DNA of 64,000 nt. Origin: Candidatus Aminicenantes bacterium. Its GTDB lineage: Bacteria > Acidobacteriota > Aminicenantia > JAMOAD01. Shown piece after piece: positions 26,143 to 35,288 of the stretch. Made by a program: the position numbers and the translations under genes. The stretch lies in NCBI GenBank assembly GCA_035403085.1, contig DAONEM010000002.1, forward strand, positions 10,876-74,875. The letters are read 5' to 3'. Position 1 is the stretch's first letter. Each line of letters begins with the position of its first letter. The notes under the pieces were generated by a model. It saw nothing but the letters and a program-made list of their open reading frames with translations, was not told where the DNA came from and ran no database searches.

Positions 26143-27562
26143 GGGTTTCCTCCTTGATCTTCTTGACTTCGGCGATAAGCTCCCCCCGGGAGAGGACGAT
26201 TCGAAGGGGATCGCCAGTCCTTGCTTCTGAAGCATCCAAGAGGGGCCGTCCCTCCTTGAGGGCCAGGGCGAACCCTCTCTCCAGGACCCTTCGGTAGGAG
26301 AGATCCTCGAGCCTTCCCGAAAGGGCCTCCAGGGAGAGACGCCTCTTCGACAGGGCGGTGGGGAAGAGGGAGAGGAGTCTCTGCTGAAGGAGTTCGACTC
26401 TCCGGGCCAGGGCCGTCCTTTGGCCGGGAAGAGGCCTGAGAAGACGGTTCTCGAGGCTCTCCAAACGGAGCTTCTCCCTTCCCAGGTAGCGGAGGGGATG
26501 GTAGGCGGAGAGGCGTTCTAGAAGGAGATTCAGAGCCTCTCTCCTCTTTTCGGTCTTCCCCTTCAGAGGGGCGAGGAGCCTCTCTTCAAACTCCTCGGCC
26601 TCCATGCAGAGGCGCTGGAGCCGGAGGGGAAAATCACGGAAGGGGGGGGAAGAGAGGAGCTGTGCCGTGAGCGCCCCGAGGGAGGTGATCCGCAGGGAGA
26701 GAAGGCGGTGGGCCTTCTCTTCCAAGGCGAGAAGCCTCTCTTCCAGGAGGTCCCCCCGTTGGACGACGAGCTCCGCAGCCGCGGAGGGGGTGGAGGCCCT
26801 CAGGTCGGCGGCGAAGTCGCAGATGGTGAAGTCCGTCTCGTGCCCTACCGCCGAGAGGGTAGGGATCTTCGAAGAGGCGACGGCCCGGGCGACGATCTCT
26901 TCGTTAAAGGGCCAGAGGTCCTCGATGCTTCCCCCTCCCCTGGCAAGGATGATCACCTCCACGTCGCCGCGGCGGTTGAAGGCTTCGACTCCCTCTACCA
27001 GGGATTGGGCGGCGCCCTCCCCCTGAACCTTGGCGGGGTAGATCAGGATACGAAGACCCTTGTGCCGACGGGCCAGAATGCGGAGAATGTCCATCACCAC
27101 CGCCCCTTGGGGGGAGGTAACAAGGCCGATGGAGCGGGGAAAGGGAGGGAGGGGGCGCTTCCGCTCCTGGGAGAAGAGACCCTCCTCTTGAAGCCGCTTC
27201 TTAAGGGCTTCAAACCTGAGGAAAAGGTTTCCGAGACCCTCGGAGACCATCTCTTCAACGATCAGCTGGGTGTCTCCCCGCTTCTCGTAGAGGGAGACCC
27301 TTCCCCTGACGACGACGGCGTCGCCGTCTTTGGGAGGAAAGGAGACCCTGTCGGCCTGGGAGCGGAACATGACGCAACGGATCTTCCCCTGATCGTCTTT
27401 CAGGTCGAAGTAGAGGTGGCCTGAGGAGTACCTCAGGAAGTTGGAGATCTCTCCCCGGACTCGAACTTCCGGGAAGGTGTACTCCAGGCTGGTTTTGATC
27501 ATGAGAACCAACCGGGAGACGGGATAGACGGGAGTGTCGGGCCTCAGGTCCTCTCTACCCAT
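26126..27562 (-). CDS. xseA: Exodeoxyribonuclease VII large subunit
   Basis: OB-fold N-terminus VYPVSRLVLMIKTSLE..RVRGEISNF, catalytic core, coiled C-terminus. ATG 27562 has RBS GGAGAGGAT; the ORF's first 130 codons are a spurious extension. Confidence 0.85.
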   Translation of the reverse strand: MGREDLRPDTPVYPVSRLVLMIKTSLEYTFPEVRVRGEISNFLRYSSGHLYFDLKDDQGKIRCVMFRSQADRVSFPPKDGDAVVVRGRVSLYEKRGDTQLIVEEMVSEGLGNLFLRFEALKKRLQEEGLFSQERKRPLPPFPRSIGLVTSPQGAVVMDILRILARRHKGLRILIYPAKVQGEGAAQSLVEGVEAFNRRGDVEVIILARGGGSIEDLWPFNEEIVARAVASSKIPTLSAVGHETDFTICDFAADLRASTPSAAAELVVQRGDLLEERLLALEEKAHRLLSLRITSLGALTAQLLSSPPFRDFPLRLQRLCMEAEEFEERLLAPLKGKTEKRREALNLLLERLSAYHPLRYLGREKLRLESLENRLLRPLPGQRTALARRVELLQQRLLSLFPTALSKRRLSLEALSGRLEDLSYRRVLERGFALALKEGRPLLDASEARTGDPLRIVLSRGELIAEVKKIKEETLGQEG

Positions 27563-28338
27563 ATCCTCTCCACCGCCAGAGCCTCGCCGGTCTGGGGGTT
27601 GAGGTCGGCCATCAGGCCGTTGATCATGACGGGGCCCTTGGCGACTTCGAAGCGCACCGGGAGACCCGTGAGAAAGCGCTCCAGGGCGATTTCGGATCTC
27701 ATTCCGATCACCGAATCCCGGGCGCCGCACATCCCCAGATCGGTCTGGTAGGCCGTCTTGTTGGGAAGGATTCTGGAGTCTGAGGTCTGAACGTGGGTGT
27801 GGGTTCCTACCATCATGGAGACCTTTCCATCCAGGTACCACCCCATGGCGACCTTCTCGGAGGTGACCTCTGCGTGCAGATCGGTGAGGAGAATCTTCAC
27901 GCCCTCCTCCCGAAGCTTCTTGGCGATCTCGAGGCCTCTTCTGAAGGGGCACTCGATCTCGGGAAGGTACTTTCTCCCCTGAAGGTTGATGATTCCCACC
28001 TTCACGTCCCCTTTCGTGAGGACCGTGTAGCCCCTTCCGGGAGCCCCCTCGGGGTAGTTGGCGGGGCGAAGGATTCGGGGGTCTCTCTTGAGGATGTCCA
28101 GGCCGTCCTTCTTGTCCCAGACATGGTTGCCCGTGGTGATGAAGCTGATTCCGCTGAAGAAGGCCTCTTGAACGGTCTTCTCCGTCAGGCCGAACCCTCC
28201 GGCCAAGTTTTCTCCGTTGATTCCGATGAAATCGATCTCTTTGCTCTTCTTGAGGGAGGGGAGTATCTCGTTCAACGCCCTGCGCCCCGGTTGCCCTATG
28301 ACGTCCCCGAGCATGAGGACTCGGAAGTGGTTGTTCAC
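27544..28338 (-). CDS. YmdB-like metallophosphoesterase (2',3'-cyclic-nucleotide phosphodiesterase family)
   Basis: VLMLGDVIGQPGR, GNHVWDKK, GTHTHVQT metal-ligand motifs. Confidence 0.8.
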   Translation of the reverse strand: MNNHFRVLMLGDVIGQPGRRALNEILPSLKKSKEIDFIGINGENLAGGFGLTEKTVQEAFFSGISFITTGNHVWDKKDGLDILKRDPRILRPANYPEGAPGRGYTVLTKGDVKVGIINLQGRKYLPEIECPFRRGLEIAKKLREEGVKILLTDLHAEVTSEKVAMGWYLDGKVSMMVGTHTHVQTSDSRILPNKTAYQTDLGMCGARDSVIGMRSEIALERFLTGLPVRFEVAKGPVMINGLMADLNPQTGEALAVERIWVERT

Positions 28339-28405
28339 TGTTTCTCCTTAAAGATGAAAGCTTTCCCTTATTTTACAGGAAAAAGGGGAGCAGGGGAAGG
28401 GAGGG

Positions 28406-29017
28406 TCAGAGGAGGCCGGGGAGGAAAGGAAGGAGTTCCTCTCTTGAGAGGCTTCCGGGGCGGACGATTCGGGGGACCGGGAGGGAGAGATCGACCATGG
28501 TGGAGGGGAGGGCGCCACGGGGACCATCCTCGACGAAGAGGTCGATCCCTTCGGGGAAGTAGGCGGCGGCTTCCCGAACGCTCCCCGCCGGCGGGAGCCC
28601 ATGGGGGTTGGCGGAGGTGGAGACGATGGGGAAGGGGAGAAGGGAGAGAAGCTCCTTGAGGGGCTGATGGTTGGGCCAGCGAACAGCGATCTTCCCTTCG
28701 GGTCCCGTGAGGAGGGGGAGGGGGCGGCGGGAGGGGATCAGGAGGGTGAGAGGTCCGGGGACCACCCTGTCCCAGAGTCTGTCCAGGGCGGAGGGAAGGG
28801 CAGAGATCAGGGGGGAGAGTTTCTCTCGGTCATCACAAAGGAGGAGGAAGGGGGAGCTCCTCCCCTTGAGGGTGGCGATCCGGTGGAGAGCGTCGCCGTG
28901 AAAGGCTCCCGCGGAGAGGCCGTAGAGCGTATCGGTGGGGAGGAAGACCACCCCCCCCTGCCGAAACACCTCGGCGATCGGTTCCGGCGGGGTCAGGGGG
29001 AGACTCTCTCTCTCCAA
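28406..29017 (-). CDS. tsaC: L-threonylcarbamoyladenylate synthase (YrdC/TsaC type)
   Basis: FLPTDTLYGLSAGAF, STSANPHG. Confidence 0.8.
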   Translation of the reverse strand: MERESLPLTPPEPIAEVFRQGGVVFLPTDTLYGLSAGAFHGDALHRIATLKGRSSPFLLLCDDREKLSPLISALPSALDRLWDRVVPGPLTLLIPSRRPLPLLTGPEGKIAVRWPNHQPLKELLSLLPFPIVSTSANPHGLPPAGSVREAAAYFPEGIDLFVEDGPRGALPSTMVDLSLPVPRIVRPGSLSREELLPFLPGLL

Positions 29018-29970
29018 GGGGGCACCAAGAACGGGGGGACCCTTCCCGCAAAGGTCTCCTTGAGGGCTTCTACTGTCATCCAGGCCATCCGGGTGCGGGT
29101 CTCTTCGGTGGCCGAGCCGATATGGGGAAGGAGAACGGTCCTCTCCGCTAAGAGAAGCTTCGGGTGGATTTGGGGCTCCTGCTCAAAGACGTCCAGACCG
29201 GCGCCCCAGAGCCTTCCCTCCAGAAGGGAGTCGGCGAGGGCCTCCTCGTCGACGATGGGCCCCCGGGAGGTGTTGATCAGAATCGAACCGGGCTTCATCA
29301 AACCGATGCGGCGACGGTCGAGGAGGTGCCGGCTCTCCGGAGTCAGGGGGAGGTGGAGGGAGAGAAAGTCCGACAGGGGAAGGAGCTCCTCCAGGGGGAG
29401 GAAGGCGGCGTTGAGGAGGGCTTCGTCGGCCCGCGGCAGGGGCTTCGGTCCTGTGTAGAGAACCTTCAAGCCGAAGGCGAGACACCTTCTGGCGAAGGCC
29501 TTCCCGATCCTTCCCATCCCCACGATGCCGACGGTTTTTCCGAAGAGCTCCTGTCCGAGGAAGAGGTTGGCTCCCCACCCCTCGAACCTTCCCTCCCGGA
29601 GGAACCGCTCGGCTTCTGGTATCCTTCTGGCGACGGCCAGGAGAAGGGAGAAGGCTAGATCCGCGGTGGCTTCCGTCAGTACGTCGGGGGTGTTGGTGAC
29701 GTAGATGCCCTTACTGAGGGCGTAACCAACGTCGATGTTGTTAAAACCGACGGCGTAGTTGGCGACGATTCGGAGGTTGGGACAACCTTCGAGGAAGGAG
29801 CTGTCCAGAGGGTCAGAGAGGAAGGAGATCAAGCCCTCTGCATCCCGGGAGAGCTCCCGGAGCGAGGAGGGGGAAAAGGGCTCAGGAATCCGGAGGTCGA
29901 ACTCCGAGGCCAGGGCCGACATGGGTGCCCTCTGAAAAGGGTGGGAGAGGACAACGGTCTGCTTTTTCAT
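28993..29970 (-). CDS. D-isomer-specific 2-hydroxyacid dehydrogenase (glycerate/hydroxypyruvate reductase-like)
   Basis: NAD-binding GIVGMGRIGKAFARR, catalytic R/E/H region. ATG 29970 has a GGTGGAGAG RBS and overlaps the gmhB stop (ATGA). The ORF's first 71 codons are an extension. Confidence 0.8.
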   Translation of the reverse strand: MKKQTVVLSHPFQRAPMSALASEFDLRIPEPFSPSSLRELSRDAEGLISFLSDPLDSSFLEGCPNLRIVANYAVGFNNIDVGYALSKGIYVTNTPDVLTEATADLAFSLLLAVARRIPEAERFLREGRFEGWGANLFLGQELFGKTVGIVGMGRIGKAFARRCLAFGLKVLYTGPKPLPRADEALLNAAFLPLEELLPLSDFLSLHLPLTPESRHLLDRRRIGLMKPGSILINTSRGPIVDEEALADSLLEGRLWGAGLDVFEQEPQIHPKLLLAERTVLLPHIGSATEETRTRMAWMTVEALKETFAGRVPPFLVPPWRERVSP

Positions 29971-30542
29971 GGATTCTCTCCACCCTTGAGGGGTACGACC
30001 CCTCTCCGGCAAATCCACCTGGCCGCATCCAGGAGAGTGTCGAAGACAAGGCTCTTCTCCCTCTCCTCCCCGGTGAGGTCGGCCAGGGTCTTGCGTCCCT
30101 CTCCGGTCAGAACGAGAAGGGCGGTGGAGCCCGCGGCCCAGGCGGTCTTCAGGTCTGAGAGTTTGTCCCCAACGAGGAAGCACTCTGGGAGCGTCAGGGA
30201 GAAGTCCGAGGCCGCCTTCAGAACCATTCCGGGGTTTGGCTTCCGGCAGGGGTCGTTGTCGTCGGGGTGGGCGGAGCAGTGGTAGATACCGTCAAGACGC
30301 GCCCCTCGGGCGGCCAACTCCTGGGAGAGCCTGCCGTGGATGAGGGAGAGGGTCTCTTCGGTGAAGTAGCCCCTGGCGATTCCCGACTGGTTGGTCACCA
30401 GAAGGACCAGAAAGCCCGCCCCGTTCAAGAGGGAGATCGCCTCGGCGGAGAAGGGGAAGAGTCTCATCTCTTCGGGGGAGCAGACGTAGCCGTCGTTGTC
30501 GTTCAGCGTCCCGTCACGGTCGAGGAAGACGGCCCTAACCAT
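29967..30542 (-). CDS. gmhB: D-glycero-D-manno-heptose-1,7-bisphosphate phosphatase (HAD-IIIA)
   Basis: VFLDRDGTLN HAD motif I, LLVLTGEGR..., C-terminal Cys cluster. The start is taken at ATG 30542. Confidence 0.75.
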   Translation of the reverse strand: MVRAVFLDRDGTLNDNDGYVCSPEEMRLFPFSAEAISLLNGAGFLVLLVTNQSGIARGYFTEETLSLIHGRLSQELAARGARLDGIYHCSAHPDDNDPCRKPNPGMVLKAASDFSLTLPECFLVGDKLSDLKTAWAAGSTALLVLTGEGRKTLADLTGEEREKSLVFDTLLDAARWICRRGVVPLKGGENP

Positions 30543-31521
30543 GGAGAAGCTCCTTGGCGGCGGAGAAGGCTTCACCGACGGAGACGGCCTTCATGCAGAG
30601 CCTGAGGTCGTAGGGGCAGGCCCGATGACGGCAGGGGGCGCAGAGGGGGGGGTGGTGAAGGATTCGGAAGGGAGGGTTGGCGGGGGCGGTACTGGTGGGG
30701 GAGGTAGGGCCGAAAACCGCCAAAACCGGTGTCCCTAGGGCGCTGGCAAGGTGCATGAGCCCGGAATCGTTGCACAGCAAGAGGTCCATTCTCTCCAAAA
30801 GGGCCATGGTCTGCCGAATCGACGTGACGCCGGCGAGGTTCTTGCTCGTGGGGGTCGACGCCTTCAGGCAATCTTCCTTGTCCCCGGAGCCGCCGAAGAC
30901 AAAGGTCTGGCAGTGAAAGGCCTCTTCCAGGAGGAGCGCGGTCCGACGGAACCTCTCAGGAAACCACTTCTTCGTATCGCCGTAGGCGGCGCCTGGAGCG
31001 ATTCCGATTCGGGGACCCTGGGCGGGGCCGAGCTGCGAAAGGGCCCACTCCCTCTCTTCGTCGCCGAGGTGGAGTGCGACCCGGGGCGAGGGGGGCTGTT
31101 CGAGGCCGTAAGCGGCGACCAGGTCCAGGTAGTACTGGACGAAGGGCTTCCTTGTGGAAAAATCCGGTTCGATGGCTCTATGGAGTAAGAGGCCGCGACC
31201 GTCCCGGTTGTACCCGATTCGCTCCTGAACACCGGCGAGGGTGAAGGTCAGAGCCGAAAGGAAGGAGTTGGTGAAGAGGAAACCCTTCTGGAAGTGGAAG
31301 GGGAAGAGCCTCGTGGCGGTCTTTAGGTCTTCCTTCCACCCTTTCCCGGGGATCTTGAAGAGGAAAGAGAGGCCAGGGTGGTGGTCGAAGAGGGAGACGG
31401 CCGGTTCACGCCCCAGCAGGAAGAGCTCCGCCTCGGGGAAGCCGAAACGGATCCGTTCCAGGGCGGGGACCGCCATGACGGCGTCTCCGATCCAGTTGGG
31501 AAGTCGGACAAGAATTTTCAT
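30535..31521 (-). CDS. GT9 family ADP-heptose:LPS heptosyltransferase (WaaF/WaaC-like)
   Basis: MKILVRLPNWIGDAVMAVPAL N-terminus, conserved C-terminal GxxDxGLMHLASALGTP. Confidence 0.8.
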   Translation of the reverse strand: MKILVRLPNWIGDAVMAVPALERIRFGFPEAELFLLGREPAVSLFDHHPGLSFLFKIPGKGWKEDLKTATRLFPFHFQKGFLFTNSFLSALTFTLAGVQERIGYNRDGRGLLLHRAIEPDFSTRKPFVQYYLDLVAAYGLEQPPSPRVALHLGDEEREWALSQLGPAQGPRIGIAPGAAYGDTKKWFPERFRRTALLLEEAFHCQTFVFGGSGDKEDCLKASTPTSKNLAGVTSIRQTMALLERMDLLLCNDSGLMHLASALGTPVLAVFGPTSPTSTAPANPPFRILHHPPLCAPCRHRACPYDLRLCMKAVSVGEAFSAAKELLHG

Positions 31522-31583
31522 GGCCAGGGCGAACTCGAAGAAATAGGGTTGTTTTTCAAAAGGGACCTCGGCTGACTCTTCTC

Positions 31584-31612
31584 TATATACCCCGGAAGGG
31601 CGGAAAAAGCAA
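31584..31612 (-). promoter_or_regulatory. Candidate sigma70 promoter for the heptosyltransferase-gmhB-dehydrogenase-tsaC run (TTGCTT-N17-TATATA)
   Basis: Read on the minus strand. A direct repeat CGGAAGGGCG x2 lies nearby. Confidence 0.3.
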
Positions 31613-31632
31613 ACCCCGGTTTCGGAAGGGCG

Positions 31633-32496
31633 CTAGAAGGCGTAGTTGATCGCCAGGGCGCCTCCTCCTCCGGGTTGGAGAACCGGGGAGACTTGGAACC
31701 GCGAGGCCCGGCGGCGAACGACGAAACGGGCGATGGTCCAGCCCAGGGCGGCGCCGGCGACAACATCCGAGAACCAATGAGCGTCTTCGGTGACCCGGGA
31801 GAGTCCGCAGAGGGTGGCCAGGGAGTAGGCTGTCACGGGGACCCAAACCGTTCCCTTGTACTGTTCGGCGATGACCGTCGCCAAGCCCATGGCCGTGATC
31901 ATGTGGCCCGAGGGGAAGGAGTCGTACTTCGAGAATTGGCCGTTCTTCTTGTACCTCTGAAAGAACCCCGACGGTCCGTACCAATGGTCCTCTCCGCCCG
32001 CATAGGAGGGCCTTTGCCGTCCGGCGATGTGTTTGCCCACTTGGACGACGATGGCGGTATGGACCAGGGTCTGGAGGGCGAGAGAGGCGGTCTCCTTGGC
32101 CTTGGGGTCGTGAAAGATCTCCCCTTCCAGGAAGAAGAGGGAGGTGATGGCCAGATTCACTCCTCCGTCGCCCAGAAGGGTGACCTTCGGGCTCACATCG
32201 TCCACCCAGGAGTGCTTCTTCTGATAACTCTTGAAACGGCGGTAGATCGATTCGTCCTCTTTGATGGAGTAGAGAGTGAGCGCCGTCACGGGGACCCAAA
32301 AGAGAAGGTCCTTGGTGCGGATTCGGAAGGGAGAGGTCCAGAGGGCCGCCTCGTCTTGGAGAAGAGCCTTGCCCAGGGAGGTTTTCTTCTCTTCCTTTTC
32401 GGTTTTTTCGCTCTCCTCCGCCAGGGATGAGGGGGTGAGGAGGAGGATGGTCAGAAGAACGGCCAGCAGGGAGGAGAGGAAGGGAGATCTTCTCAC
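31633..32496 (-). CDS. Secreted/membrane PAP2-superfamily phosphatase; candidate lipid A or undecaprenyl phosphatase
   Basis: PAP2 motifs KxxxxxxRP (GRQRPSY), PSGH (SFPSGHMI) and SRxxxxxHxxxD (SRVTEDAHWFSDV). Signal peptide. GTG start overlapping the lon stop. Confidence 0.75.
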   Translation of the reverse strand: MRRSPFLSSLLAVLLTILLLTPSSLAEESEKTEKEEKKTSLGKALLQDEAALWTSPFRIRTKDLLFWVPVTALTLYSIKEDESIYRRFKSYQKKHSWVDDVSPKVTLLGDGGVNLAITSLFFLEGEIFHDPKAKETASLALQTLVHTAIVVQVGKHIAGRQRPSYAGGEDHWYGPSGFFQRYKKNGQFSKYDSFPSGHMITAMGLATVIAEQYKGTVWVPVTAYSLATLCGLSRVTEDAHWFSDVVAGAALGWTIARFVVRRRASRFQVSPVLQPGGGGALAINYAF

Positions 32497-35288
32497 GGGT
32501 TTTCCTTCTTGGAGGGGTCGCTCTCCTCTCCAGACCCCTTCCGTGTCTTTCCCGAGGCCTTCGCGGTGGCTTTCGGCCTCTTCTTGGCGCCTTTTCCCGA
32601 TGTCTTCTTCTTGGACCCTTTGGAAGGGGTCTCTTCTGAAGGGGGCTTGGTCCCTTTCGCTTGAGAGGGTTTCGCTTTGCGCTTAGGGAGCCCTTCTTGA
32701 ACCTTCACCTCCGCCTTTTCTAGAGGGGTTGTCGTAACCCCCTCCACCGGGGAAGCCACCTGAGACTGCGCCTTGGGAGGACGACCACGGCGCTTAGGGG
32801 GGAGAGCCTCCTTCGGCTCTCGTGGCTTTGGAGGGAGGGAGGGATCGATCAGGGCCGCTTCGAGAACTTGAGAGGCCTCTTCGACGAAGACGAAACGGAG
32901 GTGGCGGCGGATGTTCTTGGGGATATCGTCGAGATCTTTCTTGTTGAAAGCGGGGAGGATGATCTCTTCGATCCCCGCTCTCTGGGCGGCGAGAACCTTG
33001 GACTTGATCCCGCCCACCGGAAGGACCCTCCCCTGGAGGGTGATCTCACCGGTCATGGCGACCTCTTTGCGGATCGGTTTTCCCGTGAAGGCGGAGAGCA
33101 TGGACGAGAGCATGGTGACTCCCGCGGAAGGGCCGTCTTTCGGAATCGCGCCCTCTGGGACATGGATATGGACGGTCTTCTCCTTGAAGAAGTCCGCGGC
33201 GAGGCCGTAATCGGCGGAATGCGCCTTGATGAAGGAGAGGGCGGCTATGGCGGATTCTTTCATGACCTCCCCCAGGGAGCCTGTGAGGACAAGGTTATCC
33301 TTGCCGGCCATAACGGTGGCCTCGATGAAGAGGATGTCTCCCCCTGTGGGAGTCCAAGCCATGCCCGTGGCGACTCCGACGGCGTTTTCTTTCAGGAGCT
33401 GGTCTCTGAAGATCATCGGGCGGCTGAGATACTTCTCCAACCCACCCGCGCGAATCGTGTACCGTTTCTTGCTCCCCGAGGCGATCTCTTTGGCCACCTT
33501 CCGGCAGACCGCGCCGATCTCCCTCTCCAGGTTTCGGACTCCCGCCTCCCGGGTGTACTCGATGATGATTCTCTGCAAGGCGGCGTCGGTAAAGGTAATG
33601 TCCTTCTTCTTCAGCCCGTTTTCGGTGATCTGCCTGGGGATCAGGTAGTTGTGGGCGATGTGGAGCTTCTCGTCCTCACCGTACCCGGGGAGTTGAATCA
33701 CCTCCATCCGGTCGAGGAAAGCGGGCTGAATCGTGTCGAGCTGGTTGGCGGTGGTGATGAAGAGGACCTTGGAGAGGTCGAAGGGAACTCCCAGGTAGTT
33801 GTCTCTGAAGGAGTGGTTCTGCTCGGGGTCGAGGACTTCCAGGAGGGCCGAGGAGGGGTCTCCCCTGTAGTCGGAGCCGATCTTGTCCACTTCGTCCAAC
33901 ATGAAGACCGGGTTGTTCGAGCCGGCCTGCCGGAGGCTCTGGAGGATTCTGCCCGGGAGGGCGCCGACATAGGTCCTGCGGTGGCCGCGGATCTCCGCTT
34001 CGTCGTGAACCCCTCCGAGAGAGGAGCGGACGAAGTTTCTCCCCATGGCCCGGGCAATGGAGCGGCCCAAGGAGGTCTTCCCGACGCCGGGAGGTCCGAC
34101 GAAGCAGAGGATGGGCCCCTTGGAACCCTGGGTGAGTTTGCGGACGGCCAGGTACTCAAGGATTCTCTCCTTGACCTTTTCGAGATCGTAGTGGTCCTCG
34201 TCGAGGATCTTCTTCGCCTTCTTGATGTTGATGTTGTCTTTACTGGATGTGGACCAAGGGAGGGAGAGCACTGTGTCGAGGTAGGTACGGATCAGGTTGC
34301 TTTCCGAGGATTCCGGGCTCATCTTGGTCAGCCGGGAAAGCTGTCTCTCCACTTCCTGGAGCGCCTCTTCCGGAAGCACAAGCCCAGAGAGCTTCTCCCT
34401 GTAGGCCTTGATCTCTTCGTCCATCTCCCCGGCCTCACCCAACTGCTCCTGGATGGCCTTCATCTGCTGGCGGAGGTAGTATTCCTTCTGCAGGGAATCG
34501 ATCTCCTCCTTGGCCTTCGTGGAGATCTCCTTCTGCACCTGGAGCAACTGCACCTCTTTGAGGAGGAGCTCGTAGACCCTCTGAAGCCGGGCCACCGGTT
34601 CTTCCAACTCCAGGGTGTTCTGGGCCTCCGAAACCGTGAGGGTCAGGTAGGCGAGGATGTTGTCGGCCAGTCTCCCGGCCTCCTCAATCTCCTGGATGTA
34701 GTAGATCAGTTCGGGGGGAAGCTGCTTGCCCAGTTCTATGAACTTTTCGAAGGTTTGCTTCAGGTTCTTCTTCAGGGCCTGGAGCTCCAGGGTCTCCTCC
34801 GAGGGTTCCACATCGCGGATAAGCTCGATCTTCGCCAAGGGGTTAGCCCCTTCCAGGTCCAACTCTTTGACGCGGGCGCGGAGAATGCCCTGGACGAAGA
34901 GGCGCACGTCTCCGCTGGAAAGCTTCAGCATCCGAAGGATCAGGACCACCGTGCCCACCCGGTAGATGTCCTTCTCCACAGGCTCTTCCACCTTGGCGTC
35001 CTTCTGCGTGAGAAGGAGGACCATCCGGTTCCCGTGAAGGGCCTTATCGACGGACTTCTTCGACTTCTCACGGCCGACGTGGAGGGGGAGGGCCATGTAG
35101 GGAAAGACCGTCAGGTCCCGAATGAAGATCACCGGAAGCTCATCGGGGATCGAGTCCGTGATGTCGCCGGAATCCGCCGGCCCCTTGTGGGAAATGTCGA
35201 GGCCCTCGACGGGGATCTCTTCTCTATTCTCTTCACCCTTCTCCTCTTCCGGGGAGATCGGCTCTTTCTTCTCTTTGTCGTCGCTCAT
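32493..35288 (-). CDS. lon: ATP-dependent Lon protease (LonA) with acidic N-terminal extension and about 125-aa Lys/Pro-rich AT-hook-containing C-terminal tail
   Basis: Lon N-domain, Walker A GPPGVGKTS, Ser-Lys dyad regions (PKDGPSAGV, ...). Tail PKRRGRPPKAQS...KGSKKKTSGKGAKKRPKATAKASGK. Confidence 0.9.
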   Translation of the reverse strand: MSDDKEKKEPISPEEEKGEENREEIPVEGLDISHKGPADSGDITDSIPDELPVIFIRDLTVFPYMALPLHVGREKSKKSVDKALHGNRMVLLLTQKDAKVEEPVEKDIYRVGTVVLILRMLKLSSGDVRLFVQGILRARVKELDLEGANPLAKIELIRDVEPSEETLELQALKKNLKQTFEKFIELGKQLPPELIYYIQEIEEAGRLADNILAYLTLTVSEAQNTLELEEPVARLQRVYELLLKEVQLLQVQKEISTKAKEEIDSLQKEYYLRQQMKAIQEQLGEAGEMDEEIKAYREKLSGLVLPEEALQEVERQLSRLTKMSPESSESNLIRTYLDTVLSLPWSTSSKDNINIKKAKKILDEDHYDLEKVKERILEYLAVRKLTQGSKGPILCFVGPPGVGKTSLGRSIARAMGRNFVRSSLGGVHDEAEIRGHRRTYVGALPGRILQSLRQAGSNNPVFMLDEVDKIGSDYRGDPSSALLEVLDPEQNHSFRDNYLGVPFDLSKVLFITTANQLDTIQPAFLDRMEVIQLPGYGEDEKLHIAHNYLIPRQITENGLKKKDITFTDAALQRIIIEYTREAGVRNLEREIGAVCRKVAKEIASGSKKRYTIRAGGLEKYLSRPMIFRDQLLKENAVGVATGMAWTPTGGDILFIEATVMAGKDNLVLTGSLGEVMKESAIAALSFIKAHSADYGLAADFFKEKTVHIHVPEGAIPKDGPSAGVTMLSSMLSAFTGKPIRKEVAMTGEITLQGRVLPVGGIKSKVLAAQRAGIEEIILPAFNKKDLDDIPKNIRRHLRFVFVEEASQVLEAALIDPSLPPKPREPKEALPPKRRGRPPKAQSQVASPVEGVTTTPLEKAEVKVQEGLPKRKAKPSQAKGTKPPSEETPSKGSKKKTSGKGAKKRPKATAKASGKTRKGSGEESDPSKKENP

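Noticed and set aside
26126-27952. N-terminal extensions in the ORF track for xseA (130 aa), rdgB (205 aa), 2-hydroxyacid dehydrogenase (71 aa), NUDIX (116 aa), XdhC (56 aa), sensor/AraC (37 aa) and both outer-membrane proteins
   Set aside because: The extensions are non-homologous, Arg/Pro-rich and overlap upstream genes. Internal ATGs with good RBS and ATGA overlaps give ortholog-length proteins beginning at conserved N-termini or signal peptides.
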